In this document: piece by piece, positions 32,291-41,498 of the stretch
Position numbering within the stretch: the stretch's first letter is position 1
Layout: each line of letters opens with the position of its first letter
DNA from: an uncultured Gemmatimonadales bacterium
GTDB lineage: Bacteria > Gemmatimonadota > Gemmatimonadetes > Gemmatimonadales > GWC2-71-9
Assembly: GCA_963779755.1 (NCBI GenBank)
Contig: CAVZZO010000003.1
Span: forward strand, 160,001 to 224,000
Reading direction: 5' to 3'
DNA: 64,000 nucleotides
Notes under the pieces: generated by a model
Databases searched by the model: none
What the model was told of the DNA's origin: nothing
Seen by the model: the letters and a program-made list of their open reading frames with translations, nothing else
Position numbers and translations under genes: made by a program

Positions 32291-33248
32291 AGTCTTCCTG
32301 CAGATATTCCCGGAGCCCGACCTGTTCTTTCATCTTGCGGATCAGGCGTTCGTTGAAGGCGGCCGCCATGTCCACGCCCGAATAGCGCAGCAGGTGGGTC
32401 ATGGCGACGACTTCGGCGATGACGGTAATGTTCTTTCCCGGATTGAGCGGTACGATCACCTTGGGGAGCGCCACATCAAGAATGATGGTCGATTCGTGGG
32501 TCAGGCCGGTCCGCTCGGCGTCCCTGGCGGTCTCCCAGTCCTCCAGCTGCACGATGACCTCGAGCCGCTTCTGCTGCCGCACCGCCCGCACCCCGAAGAG
32601 CTGGGGAATGTCGATCAGCCCGATGCCCCGGATTTCCATGTGGTGCCCGGCCAGTTCATGTCCCTGGCCGATGAGCACGTCCTGCCCCCGGCGGGTGACC
32701 CGGACCACGTCGTCGGCCACCAGCCGGTGGCCCCGCTCGACCAGATCGAGCACGCATTCACTCTTTCCGATCCCCGAGCGCCCCACGAACAGCAGGCCCA
32801 CACCGTAGACGTCGGCGAGCGAGCCGTGCAGCGTGGTGCTGGGCGCGAAGGCCGCTTCCAGAATGGGCTTGATGCGCCGGTAGAATTCGGCGGTCCTGAG
32901 CCGGCTGCGGAAGACGGGCACCTCGCGGGCCAGCGCCAGCTGGAGCAGCTCCGGGGGCACGTCCTGGCCCTTGGTGACGAACAGACACGGCAGATCGAAC
33001 GCGAACAGGCCGTCGAGCGCCCGACTCCGCGCATCGGGATCGAGCGAATGGAGATAGGTGATCTCGGTCTCGCCCAGCACGTGCAGGCGGTCCGGGGCGA
33101 AGCGGGCGGTGTAGCCTGCCAGCGCCAGCCCGGGGCTGGCCACGTCGCTGTCCGGCACCGAGCGGTCGAGCCCCAGCTCGCCCGTCAGCACCTCGAGCTG
33201 CAGCGGGTCACCCCGGCGCGCGAGCAGATCGCGCAGGCGCAGGTTCAC
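32283..33248 (-). CDS. hprK: HPr kinase/phosphorylase
   Basis: PGLALAG, GRSGIGKSE..LDLVERGHRLVADD, MEIRGIGLI. Confidence 0.96.
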   Translation of the reverse strand: MNLRLRDLLARRGDPLQLEVLTGELGLDRSVPDSDVASPGLALAGYTARFAPDRLHVLGETEITYLHSLDPDARSRALDGLFAFDLPCLFVTKGQDVPPELLQLALAREVPVFRSRLRTAEFYRRIKPILEAAFAPSTTLHGSLADVYGVGLLFVGRSGIGKSECVLDLVERGHRLVADDVVRVTRRGQDVLIGQGHELAGHHMEIRGIGLIDIPQLFGVRAVRQQKRLEVIVQLEDWETARDAERTGLTHESTIILDVALPKVIVPLNPGKNITVIAEVVAMTHLLRYSGVDMAAAFNERLIRKMKEQVGLREYLQEDYE

Positions 33249-33553
33249 GCCAGATCGACCTGGGGACGCTGCCGCGGCCGAGTGAAGGCCTTGTCGAGCT
33301 GGTGGCGAAGCCGCTCTTCCGCCCGGTCGAGCGCGGTGCGGTGGTCCGGCCCTTCGCCGGTGGCCACGAACGTCTTGCCCCGCGCCACATGCAGCCGCAC
33401 TTCGGCGGAAGCCAGCTTATGGTCGCTTTCGAAAACCACGGTGCACTCGACCGGTCGCTGCGCGAAACTCCCGAGCCGGCTGATGATCTGTTCGGCGCGG
33501 TCTTTCAGATCTTCCGGGATTTCGCAATGGCGGGCGGTAATGGTCGTGTGCAT
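33245..33553 (-). CDS. hpf: Ribosome hibernation promoting factor (short HPF/RaiA family)
   Basis: ITARH.EI...LK, ALDRAEERLRHQL; typical position upstream of hprK. Confidence 0.85.
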   Translation of the reverse strand: MHTTITARHCEIPEDLKDRAEQIISRLGSFAQRPVECTVVFESDHKLASAEVRLHVARGKTFVATGEGPDHRTALDRAEERLRHQLDKAFTRPRQRPQVDLA

Positions 33554-33566
33554 GAGGTCTCCTCCA

Positions 33567-34685
33567 TCAGAAACGGGGTGAACCCGTCAGCAGGCTCTGT
33601 AAGTGTGCTTCGGTCTCTTCGGCGGTTCGGTCCCAGCTCAGATGCTCGGCGAAACACCGGCCCTGCGTTCCCAGGCGCTCCACCAGGGCCGGATCGCCGG
33701 CCAGCTCCAGCATCCGTGCGGCGAGCGCATCGGCATCGCCGTGCGGCACCAGATAGCCGGTCTCGCCGTGGCGGCAGGAGTCGCGCAGCCCGGGGCTGTC
33801 GGACACCAGCGACGGCGTGCCGCATGCCGCCGCCTCCACCACGGTAATACCCCAGCCCTCCTTGGGCGACGGCAGCACGTTGGCCCAGGTCTGCCGCAGC
33901 TGGGTGAGCTTCTGCGCTTCCGTCACGAATCCCAGAAATCGTACGGCAACCTCCTGGCCCAGCGTGCGGGCCAGTCGTTCCAGCCGGGCACGGTCTTCGC
34001 CGGTCCCGGCGATATGTAAAATAAGGTCAGGGCGGTGCCGGCGGGCGCGGGCCAGCGCGCGGATCGCCACGTCCACCCCCTTGTACCGGCGGAGCCGCCC
34101 CAGGTACAGGAAGGAGGGTGGGTCGGTTCGCCTCTCCGGGCCGGGGGTAAACCAGGCGCTGTCCACGCCGGGGTGGATCACCCGGATGCGCTCCGCCGCG
34201 ACCCCACGGGCAACCAGATCGTCCCGGGTGCTTTCGCTGATGGCCTGGAAGGCGGCGCGGCGGTAGCAGCGCGGAATGGGGCGTTCGGCGGCCCAGACCA
34301 GCGTAGCCACCGGCAGCGAGGCTTCACGGAAGATGGTGTCGCCAAAGAGATGGGGGACAATCACGTAGAGCGGCCGGCCGGTCATGCCGCTCAGGAAGAG
34401 CGGCAGCTTGTTGATGTCCTCCACCAGGATATCGGGTGTTTCCTGCGCCAGCGCCCGCCGCACCGCCCCGCGCCCTCGGAGGGTAAAGCTGTTCCGGTTT
34501 CCCACCCGGGTTACTTCGATGCCCTGCACCTCCGCCTGGCGAGCCGCACCGTCCCAGCCGGAACAGACCAGCCGCACGCGATGCCCGCGGGTCACCAGCC
34601 GGCTGAAGATCTCGAAGAGGTGAACCTCCGCGCCGCCGGCATGGGGGTTCTCCCGGTCCGACCAGTTCACCAGCAGCAGATTCAC
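33567..34685 (-). CDS. Glycosyltransferase family 4
   Basis: AGGAEVH, YLGRLRRYKG, KEGWGITVVEAAACGTP. Confidence 0.92.
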   Translation of the reverse strand: MNLLLVNWSDRENPHAGGAEVHLFEIFSRLVTRGHRVRLVCSGWDGAARQAEVQGIEVTRVGNRNSFTLRGRGAVRRALAQETPDILVEDINKLPLFLSGMTGRPLYVIVPHLFGDTIFREASLPVATLVWAAERPIPRCYRRAAFQAISESTRDDLVARGVAAERIRVIHPGVDSAWFTPGPERRTDPPSFLYLGRLRRYKGVDVAIRALARARRHRPDLILHIAGTGEDRARLERLARTLGQEVAVRFLGFVTEAQKLTQLRQTWANVLPSPKEGWGITVVEAAACGTPSLVSDSPGLRDSCRHGETGYLVPHGDADALAARMLELAGDPALVERLGTQGRCFAEHLSWDRTAEETEAHLQSLLTGSPRF

Positions 34686-35092
34686 AGGGAGCCCATGGTA
34701 TGGGCCACCCGATCCAGCACGCCGTTCACGAAGGCGGGCGACTTGGGACCACCGAACCAGTGTGCCAGCTGGACCGCTTCGTTGATGATCACCTTGGGCG
34801 GCGCCGTTTCCGCCCGCAGCTCCCAGGTGGCCAGGCGGAGAATGTTCCGCTCGATGGCGCCCAGCCGCTCCAGCCGCCAGTGCTCGGCGGCGGTCGCGAT
34901 TTCGTCGTCCAGCACCTCCCGCTCGGCGGCAACCTTCCCGGCGAGTACTTCGGCCTCCTGCAGGCCGCGGGGCACACATCCGGCCACCCGCACCAGGCCG
35001 GTGGCCGCCGCGGGAATAGGCCCGGCCTTGAGCTCGGCGGCGTAGAGGAGCTGCAGGGCCCGGGCCCGGACGCGGGTGCGCGGCCTACGCAT
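34682..35092 (-). CDS. nusB: Transcription antitermination factor NusB
   Basis: R.RALQLLY, WRLERL..IERNILR, VIINEAV.LA, FVNGVLD. Confidence 0.95.
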   Translation of the reverse strand: MRRPRTRVRARALQLLYAAELKAGPIPAAATGLVRVAGCVPRGLQEAEVLAGKVAAEREVLDDEIATAAEHWRLERLGAIERNILRLATWELRAETAPPKVIINEAVQLAHWFGGPKSPAFVNGVLDRVAHTMGSL

Positions 35093-35558
35093 GGGCGGAC
35101 TGGAACTGGGCCAGCAGGTCGGCCGTCCGGAGCGCCGCCTCGGCCGCCTCGTGGCCCTTGTTGCCCGCGGTGCCGCCGGCGCGGGCCAGGGCCTGGTCCA
35201 TGGTCTCGACCGTCAACACGCCGAAGCCCACCGGCAGCAGGTTCCGGGAGGCAACCTCGCGCAGCCCCCGGGCCGCCTCACCGGCCACGTAGTCGAAGTG
35301 GGGGGTTTCGCCCCGGATCACCGCCCCCAGCGCCACCAGGCACCGGTACCGGCCGGACGCCGCCGCCACCGCCGCCACCGCCGGCAACTCGAACGCTCCG
35401 GGCACCCACAACACGTCGATTTCGGCGGCGGGGATCCCGGCTTCGGCGCAGCAGGCCTGGGCCCCGGCCAGAAGCCGGCTGGTGACCATCTCGTTGTAGC
35501 GGCTGACCAGGAGCGCCACCCGTCCCGTGGGGCGCAGGCGGCCGGAGAGCTCAGGCAC
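35085..35558 (-). CDS. ribH: 6,7-dimethyl-8-ribityllumazine synthase
   Basis: VSRYN, VPGAFELP, GAVIRGETPHFDYV, GNKG.EAA. Confidence 0.95.
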   Translation of the reverse strand: MPELSGRLRPTGRVALLVSRYNEMVTSRLLAGAQACCAEAGIPAAEIDVLWVPGAFELPAVAAVAAASGRYRCLVALGAVIRGETPHFDYVAGEAARGLREVASRNLLPVGFGVLTVETMDQALARAGGTAGNKGHEAAEAALRTADLLAQFQSAHA

Positions 35559-35560
35559 GG

Positions 35561-36769
35561 TCAGGAGGCGGGCAGAAGGTGGCCCAGCTTGTCGCGCTTG
35601 GTGTCGAGGTAGTTGCGGTTCTCGACGTTGGGATCGGTCTGCAGGGGCAAGCGTTCGACGATCTGCAGGCCATAGCCGTCGAGACCCACGAGTTTGCGGG
35701 GATTGTTGGTCATGATCCGGATGGACGAGAGACCCAGATCGCGCAGGATCTGGGCACCGATGCCATAGTTCCGCAGGTCGGCGCCGAAGCCGAGCCGGGC
35801 GTTCGCCTCGACCGTGTCGTTGCCCTGGTCCTGCAGCGCATAGGCGCGGACCTTGTTGAGCAGCCCGATCCCGCGTCCTTCCTGGTCGAGATAGACGATC
35901 ACCCCACGCCCCTCCTGGCCGATGAGCTTCATGGCGGCGTGCAGCTGCGGGCCGCAGTCGCAGCGCATGGAGCCGAAGACGTCGCCGGTGAGACACTTGG
36001 AGTGCATGCGCACCAGAATGCCGGGTTGGCCCGCGACTTCGCCGTGCACCAGCGCCACGTGCTCCGCGCGGTCGACGTCGTTGCGGTACCCGATGATGCG
36101 GAACTCGCCGAACTCGGTGGGCAGCCGGGCCTCCGCCACCCGGTGCACCAGCTTTTCGGTCTGCAGCCGGTAGGCCACCAGCTGAGCCACGGTAATGAAC
36201 GTGAGGCCGTGCTCCCGGGCAAAACGCTCGAGCTGGGGCCGGCGCGCCATGGTGCCGTCGTGATTGAGAATTTCGCAGATCACCCCGGCCGGGTAGAGCC
36301 CCGCCAGCCGGGCCAGGTCCACACTGGCCTCGGTCTGCCCCACGCGCTGCAGCACACCGCCGGGACGGGCGCGCAGCGGAAAGACGTGCCCCGGGCGGCG
36401 CAGATCCTCGGGACGGGTGCGGGGATGAATGCAGACGTGAATCGTGGCCGAGCGATCGGCGGCGGAAATGCCGGTGGTGACCCCGAAACGGCGCTCGGCA
36501 TCCACGCTGACGGTGAAGGCGGTTCCCAGCGCCTCAGTGTTCTGCTCCGCCATCTGGGAGAGCCCCAGATCGTCGCAGCGTTCCGGCGCCAGGGCCAGAC
36601 AGATGAGCCCGCGCCCGTAGGTCGCCATGAAGTTGACCGTCTCGGGCGTGACCAACTCGGCCGCGCAGACGAGGTCGCCTTCGTTCTCGCGATCCTCGTC
36701 ATCGGCCACGATGACAATCTTGCCGTTGCGCAGGTCCTCGATGGCCTGCTCGACCGTCCCGAATTTCAT
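35561..36769 (-). CDS. ribBA: Bifunctional DHBP synthase / GTP cyclohydrolase II
   Basis: [50 protein letters not shown]. Confidence 0.96.
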   Translation of the reverse strand: MKFGTVEQAIEDLRNGKIVIVADDEDRENEGDLVCAAELVTPETVNFMATYGRGLICLALAPERCDDLGLSQMAEQNTEALGTAFTVSVDAERRFGVTTGISAADRSATIHVCIHPRTRPEDLRRPGHVFPLRARPGGVLQRVGQTEASVDLARLAGLYPAGVICEILNHDGTMARRPQLERFAREHGLTFITVAQLVAYRLQTEKLVHRVAEARLPTEFGEFRIIGYRNDVDRAEHVALVHGEVAGQPGILVRMHSKCLTGDVFGSMRCDCGPQLHAAMKLIGQEGRGVIVYLDQEGRGIGLLNKVRAYALQDQGNDTVEANARLGFGADLRNYGIGAQILRDLGLSSIRIMTNNPRKLVGLDGYGLQIVERLPLQTDPNVENRNYLDTKRDKLGHLLPAS

Positions 36770-36801
36770 AGTTTGACCCAGGCTAAGCCGCCGACGGGCA
36801 A

Positions 36802-37401
36802 TTACTTATCCTCCCGTCGCTGCTGTAAGATAGCCTGAACATACCGTCCGATCATATCCCCTTCGAGATGGACCCGGTCGCCCGGCACCAGATCGCCCAG
36901 CGTGGTCTCGGCCAGTGTGTGGGGGATGAGCGAGACCTGTACCGTGTCGGGGGCGGGCCGGGCATTTACCGTGAGGCTTACGCCATCCACCGTGATGGAC
37001 CCGAGCGGCACGGAGAGGAGCGCGATATCGGCGGGCACCTGGAGGTCGATCAGCACCGCATCGTCCCGGCGGCCGACCCGCCGGACCCGTCCGATTCCCT
37101 CCACATGCCCCTGCACCAGATGCCCGCCCAGGCGGTCGCCCAGGCGCAGAGCCCGCTCCAGATTGACCAGCTGGCCTTCGGCCGCATCGCCAAAACGGGT
37201 ACGGTCGAGCGATGACTGGACCACGTGCACCCGGAAGGCCGCCCCGTCCCGCGCGGTGACGGTAAGGCAGGCGCCGTCGACGGCGATGCTCTCGCCGATC
37301 GCCAGGTCTTTCCAGGGCGATTCGATGACCAGCTCCAGGCCGTTGGCATCCCGGTGACTCTGCGCGATGCGCCCGACTGCGGTCACAAGGCCGGTGAACA
37401 T
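36802..37401 (-). CDS. ribE: Riboflavin synthase
   Basis: MFTGLV, SIAVDGACLT, VNLERAL..GDRLGGHLVQGH. Confidence 0.95.
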   Translation of the reverse strand: MFTGLVTAVGRIAQSHRDANGLELVIESPWKDLAIGESIAVDGACLTVTARDGAAFRVHVVQSSLDRTRFGDAAEGQLVNLERALRLGDRLGGHLVQGHVEGIGRVRRVGRRDDAVLIDLQVPADIALLSVPLGSITVDGVSLTVNARPAPDTVQVSLIPHTLAETTLGDLVPGDRVHLEGDMIGRYVQAILQQRREDK

Positions 37402-38465
37402 GGCTCCCGATCCAGTACGAGCAAGGTGTCCTGTCCCAGCGGGCGGCGTTCGGCTACCTGCCAGCGCTCCACTCCGGGCAGCGGCGGCGAGGGCAACGAA
37501 TGATAGGCAGGAACGCCCGCCTCTCCCAGCCACAGCGGCGCCTGCACCCAGTAGAAGCGGTCCACCAGTCCTCCCCGCAGCAGCGCGCCGGCCAGCCGGC
37601 CGCCGCCCTCCACCAGCAGCGAGGTAATACCGGCCTGGCGGAGCGCCTTGAGCGCCTCCTCCGGCTCGCCGGCCACGATGACTTCGGCGCCGCGGGCCTG
37701 CCATGCCGCCAGGGTGTCGGCTGGCGCGCCGCCGGTGACGATGACGGGCGGCGGCGCTTCCTGCCACAGCCGGAGCGCGTTGGACAGGCGTCCTCCACGA
37801 TCGAAAATCACCCGGCGGGGTGGGATGCGCGGGGTCAGATCGCCCCGGACGGTGAGGCGCGCATCGTCGACCATGGCGGTATGGGCGCCGACGCCCAGGG
37901 CGTCGAAGCCGGCGCGGAGCCAGTGGGTCCAGGCCCGGGCGGGCTCGCCGGAGATCCACTGCGAACCGCCGCGGGGGTCGGCGATACGGCCGTCGATGCT
38001 GGTGGCCAGCTTGAGCGCCACGAAGGGACGCTCCTGATTGCGGACCCGGTGGAGAAAGATGGCATTCTGGCGGCAGGCTTCCTCGCCCAGCAGCCCGATC
38101 TCCACCTCCAGCCCCCGGCTCCGGAGCAGCGCGACCCCGCCGGCGGCGAGGGGGTTGGGATCGCGTTGGGCGATGACCACACGGCCGATGCCCGCGGCGA
38201 TGATCGCGTCGGTGCAGGGCGGCTGCTGCCCCTGGTGCGCGCAGGGCTCGAGGGTGACCACCAGCGTGGCCCCTCGAGCCCCATCGCCGGCCTGCTGCAA
38301 CGCGGCCGGCTCGGCATGCAGACCGCCGAATTCGGCGTGATACCCCTCGCCCGCGACTTTCCTGCCCTGCAGCACGACAGCGCCGACCAGGGGATTGGGG
38401 TGCACCCTGCCCCACCCCTTCCAGGCCAGCGCCAGCGCGCGCCTCATGGCATCGGCTTCAGTCAT
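37383..38465 (-). CDS. ribD: Riboflavin biosynthesis deaminase/reductase
   Basis: PNPLVGAV, HAE, VTLEPCAH...PPC, KLATSIDG, SQWIS, LVEGGG. Confidence 0.95.
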   Translation of the reverse strand: MTEADAMRRALALAWKGWGRVHPNPLVGAVVLQGRKVAGEGYHAEFGGLHAEPAALQQAGDGARGATLVVTLEPCAHQGQQPPCTDAIIAAGIGRVVIAQRDPNPLAAGGVALLRSRGLEVEIGLLGEEACRQNAIFLHRVRNQERPFVALKLATSIDGRIADPRGGSQWISGEPARAWTHWLRAGFDALGVGAHTAMVDDARLTVRGDLTPRIPPRRVIFDRGGRLSNALRLWQEAPPPVIVTGGAPADTLAAWQARGAEVIVAGEPEEALKALRQAGITSLLVEGGGRLAGALLRGGLVDRFYWVQAPLWLGEAGVPAYHSLPSPPLPGVERWQVAERRPLGQDTLLVLDREPCSPAL

Positions 38466-38471
38466 GATGAC

Positions 38472-38557
38472 CCCCCCTCGACGCTCTTGACCCTCTCGAC
38501 CCTCTCGACCGGCCCTCGATGGTCGAGGAGGTCGAGAGGGTCGAGGGGGTCGGAGGG
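38472..38557. repeat. Inverted pair of 9-nt tandem repeats (CTCGACCCT x4 / GGTCGAGRR x4); same family as 5709-5794
   Basis: ctcgacgct cttgaccct ctcgaccct ctcgacc ... ggtcgagga ggtcgagag ggtcgaggg ggtcggagg. Confidence 0.85.
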
Positions 38558-38575
38558 AACACTCTCAGGCTCCGC

Positions 38576-39541
38576 TCACAACGAGAGGCGCAGGCCCACC
38601 CCGCCGAAGACCTTGCCCGCGGTCGTGTCGTAGTTGTCGAAATTGGTGGTCAGGTTCTGGTCCTTGCCCAGTTGATAGCCGATCTCCCCCACCAGCTTCA
38701 CCAGGGGCAAGTCCAGGCTCACATCCGCGAAGCCCATGTAGCGGGTGTTGCTGAGCACGACGTTCTCGGTATGCACCGCCCCCACCTGCGGCGGGTCCTG
38801 GAATTCGATCACGGCATCGCCGGTGTACTTGTCCAGCCCCAGGCCGGCGGCCAGGTTGAGCACCAGGATCTTCTTGCTCGCCACCGCCCGCAGGTTGGTG
38901 GCGTGCAGATCCACGGAGTAGGTGAAATTATCGCCCTGGGCGAGATCGCCGTAGCCGATCCGCGGAATGTCCCGGCGCATGATGCTCACCGAGACATCCG
39001 GCAGGATCATGGTGCCCCGCAACACGCCGATCCGGGCTCCGTAGCCCAGCCCCAGCGCCACATTCCCGATATGACGGGAGCCCGCGTCCACCGTGAGGTT
39101 GTCGATCTGCGTGGTGGGCAGCAGTTGGGCCGAGGCGAGCGCATCCAGAGACAGCAGCCCGCCGGCCAGACCTTTCCACAGGCCCAGCGCTCCTTCCACC
39201 AGCGGCACGGGCGCTACCATGTTCTCGCCCGACGGGACGCTGCCGGTGCCGTTGTAGTTGAGATCGGGCAGCTGCACCCGGGTGGCGTTCACCCGGGCGG
39301 TGAGCGAGAAGTGGCCCAGGCCCCCGAGCGTGCCGGCGGTCCCGATGACCGGGTTCCCGCCGCTCACCAGCAGGCCCACCACGGGATGGAACGCGCGGGT
39401 TCCATCCACCGCGGCGTTACAGATATTGGTGGTCTCTGTGGTACTGAGACCGACGCACTGCTGGCTGGGGCCGCCGGGAGCGGCGGACTGCGCGGCCGCC
39501 GGCGCGGCCAGCACCGCCAGAGCAAACAGAGAGTAGCGCAT
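38576..39541 (-). CDS. Hypothetical outer-membrane beta-barrel-like protein
   Basis: Signal peptide AAA-Q, alternating beta-strand pattern, C-terminal strand FGGVGLRLSL. Confidence 0.6.
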   Translation of the reverse strand: MRYSLFALAVLAAPAAAQSAAPGGPSQQCVGLSTTETTNICNAAVDGTRAFHPVVGLLVSGGNPVIGTAGTLGGLGHFSLTARVNATRVQLPDLNYNGTGSVPSGENMVAPVPLVEGALGLWKGLAGGLLSLDALASAQLLPTTQIDNLTVDAGSRHIGNVALGLGYGARIGVLRGTMILPDVSVSIMRRDIPRIGYGDLAQGDNFTYSVDLHATNLRAVASKKILVLNLAAGLGLDKYTGDAVIEFQDPPQVGAVHTENVVLSNTRYMGFADVSLDLPLVKLVGEIGYQLGKDQNLTTNFDNYDTTAGKVFGGVGLRLSL

Positions 39542-39547
39542 GCGTCC

Positions 39548-40576
39548 TCACTCGCGGGCGAAGCGCACCGTCCCGCTGCCGGGACGCACCTCGCCCATGG
39601 TCCAGGTCGAGACTCCGGCTATGGCCGCGGCACGCTCTGCCTCGGCCACGTGCTCCGGAGGGAGGACGGCGATGAAGCCCACTCCGAGATTGAAGACTTC
39701 GCGCATCTCGGCCGTGGCGACCCCGCCCTCCTCCTGCAGAAAGCGGAAGAGCGGCGGCAACTCCCAGCGTGCCGGATCCACCACCGCATCGACGTCGGCG
39801 GGCAATATCCGGACCAGGTTGCCGGGTATCCCGCCGCCGGTGATGTGGGCCAGGCCATGGACCCGCGCCAGGATGGGGCTAACCGCCTGATAGTAGCTCT
39901 GATGCACCGCCAGGAGCGCATCGGCCACCGAACGGCCGGTGGTCCCCAACGGGCTCTCCAGCGCCAGCTTCGCCTGATCGAAAACAATGCGGCGTGCCAG
40001 GCTGTATCCATTGGTATGCAGGCCGGTCGAGCCATAGGCAAGAAGCACATCGCCGGGGCGGATTGCATCGCCGTGCAGGGCGGCATCTTCTTCCACCACA
40101 CCGACAATCGTTCCCGCCAGATCGTAGTGCCCCGGCTGGTAGAGGCCGGGCATCTGGGCGGTCTCCCCGCCGGCCAGATCCATGTCGTGCCGGCGGCAGG
40201 CGCGCGCGATCCCTTCGACCAGGCCCGCGATGGCGGTCACCTCGAGATCGGCACTGGCCAGATAGTCGAGAAACGCCAGCGGCCGGGCGCCGTGTACCAG
40301 AATATCGTTGACGCTGTGGTTGACCAGGTCTTCGCCCACCGTGTCGTAGCGGCCGGCGGCGGCCGCCACCAGCACCTTGGTACCGACGCCATCGGTGCTC
40401 AGCACCAGCACGGGCCGGCGCATGCCCTCCGGCAGCCGCACCATGCCGCCGAACCCGCCGATCCGTCCCAGGCTCCGGGGCGTGCGGGCGCTCCGCACCA
40501 GCTCGGCGATCCGCCGCTTGGCCAGATCGGCGCCGGCCAGATCCACACCCGCGGCGGCGTAGCGGGGGCCGGTCAC
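39548..40576 (-). CDS. purM: Phosphoribosylformylglycinamidine cyclo-ligase
   Basis: YAAAGVD, TDGVGTK, FLDY, GGETAQMP, GLHTNGYSL, HITGGG. Confidence 0.96.
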   Translation of the reverse strand: MTGPRYAAAGVDLAGADLAKRRIAELVRSARTPRSLGRIGGFGGMVRLPEGMRRPVLVLSTDGVGTKVLVAAAAGRYDTVGEDLVNHSVNDILVHGARPLAFLDYLASADLEVTAIAGLVEGIARACRRHDMDLAGGETAQMPGLYQPGHYDLAGTIVGVVEEDAALHGDAIRPGDVLLAYGSTGLHTNGYSLARRIVFDQAKLALESPLGTTGRSVADALLAVHQSYYQAVSPILARVHGLAHITGGGIPGNLVRILPADVDAVVDPARWELPPLFRFLQEEGGVATAEMREVFNLGVGFIAVLPPEHVAEAERAAAIAGVSTWTMGEVRPGSGTVRFARE

Positions 40577-41493
40577 GGAATGGGCTCCGCCAGCGAGACG
40601 TGGGTGAGATCGCGGAACTGCTGCACCCGGGTTTCCACGTCGCTGCGCTCCACCGCGTCAAAACCGCGGATGCCGAACCGCGCCACCGCGTAGGAGCCCA
40701 TGGCCGCGCCGTATACCATGGCGCGCCGCAGGTTGTCGCTGGAGAGATCGTCGGTGCCCGCCAGCCAGCCCATGAAGCCGCCGGCGAAGGCGTCGCCCGC
40801 GCCGGTGGGGTCGAAGACCTCCTCCAGCGGGAACGCCGGTACGTAGAAGGTGCGGCCTGCCTCCAGCAGCAGCGCGCCGTATTCGCCCTGCTTGATCACC
40901 ACGCGGCTGGGCCCGTGCCGCAGGATCCAGCGTCCGGCGCGGTGAATATTCCAGTCCCCGGAGAGTTCGCGCGCTTCGCCGTCGTTCACCATGAGGATGT
41001 CCACCTGCTCCAGCAGCTTCAGCAGCTGGGGACGTTTGCTCTGGATCCAGTAGTTCATGGTGTCGCAGGCCACCAGGCGCGGCCGCGTGATCTGGTCCAG
41101 CACTCCGAGCTGCAGCTCCGGATCGATGTTGCCGAGAAAGACGTACTCCAGGGCACGATAGGTATCGGGCAGCCGGGGCTGGAAGTCGGCGAAGACGCCC
41201 AGCCGGGTCTCCAGCGTTTCCCGGCTCTGGAGGTCGTACGAGTATTTCCCTTTCCAGCGGAAGCTCTCGCCCTCGGCATGCTGCACACCGCTCCAGTCGA
41301 TGCCGCGGGGCGCGAGCCTTTCCAGCTCGCCCATGGGGTAGTCCTGCCCCACCACCCCGACCACCTGCACCGGGTGGAGCAGCGAGCCCGCCACGCTGAA
41401 GTACACGGCAGAGCCGCCCAGCGCATCGGCGGTCTCCCCGAAGGGGGTATAGACGGAATCGAGCGCGACACTCCCTACCACGAGCAGGCTCAT
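40573..41493 (-). CDS. PfkB family carbohydrate/nucleoside kinase
   Basis: VVGSVALD, LGGSA, DPTGAGDAFAGG. Confidence 0.9.
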   Translation of the reverse strand: MSLLVVGSVALDSVYTPFGETADALGGSAVYFSVAGSLLHPVQVVGVVGQDYPMGELERLAPRGIDWSGVQHAEGESFRWKGKYSYDLQSRETLETRLGVFADFQPRLPDTYRALEYVFLGNIDPELQLGVLDQITRPRLVACDTMNYWIQSKRPQLLKLLEQVDILMVNDGEARELSGDWNIHRAGRWILRHGPSRVVIKQGEYGALLLEAGRTFYVPAFPLEEVFDPTGAGDAFAGGFMGWLAGTDDLSSDNLRRAMVYGAAMGSYAVARFGIRGFDAVERSDVETRVQQFRDLTHVSLAEPIP

Positions 41494-41498
41494 GCGGA

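Noticed and set aside
38466..38575. FMN riboswitch upstream of ribD
   Set aside because: The interval is filled by the 9-nt repeat array and has no RFN consensus.
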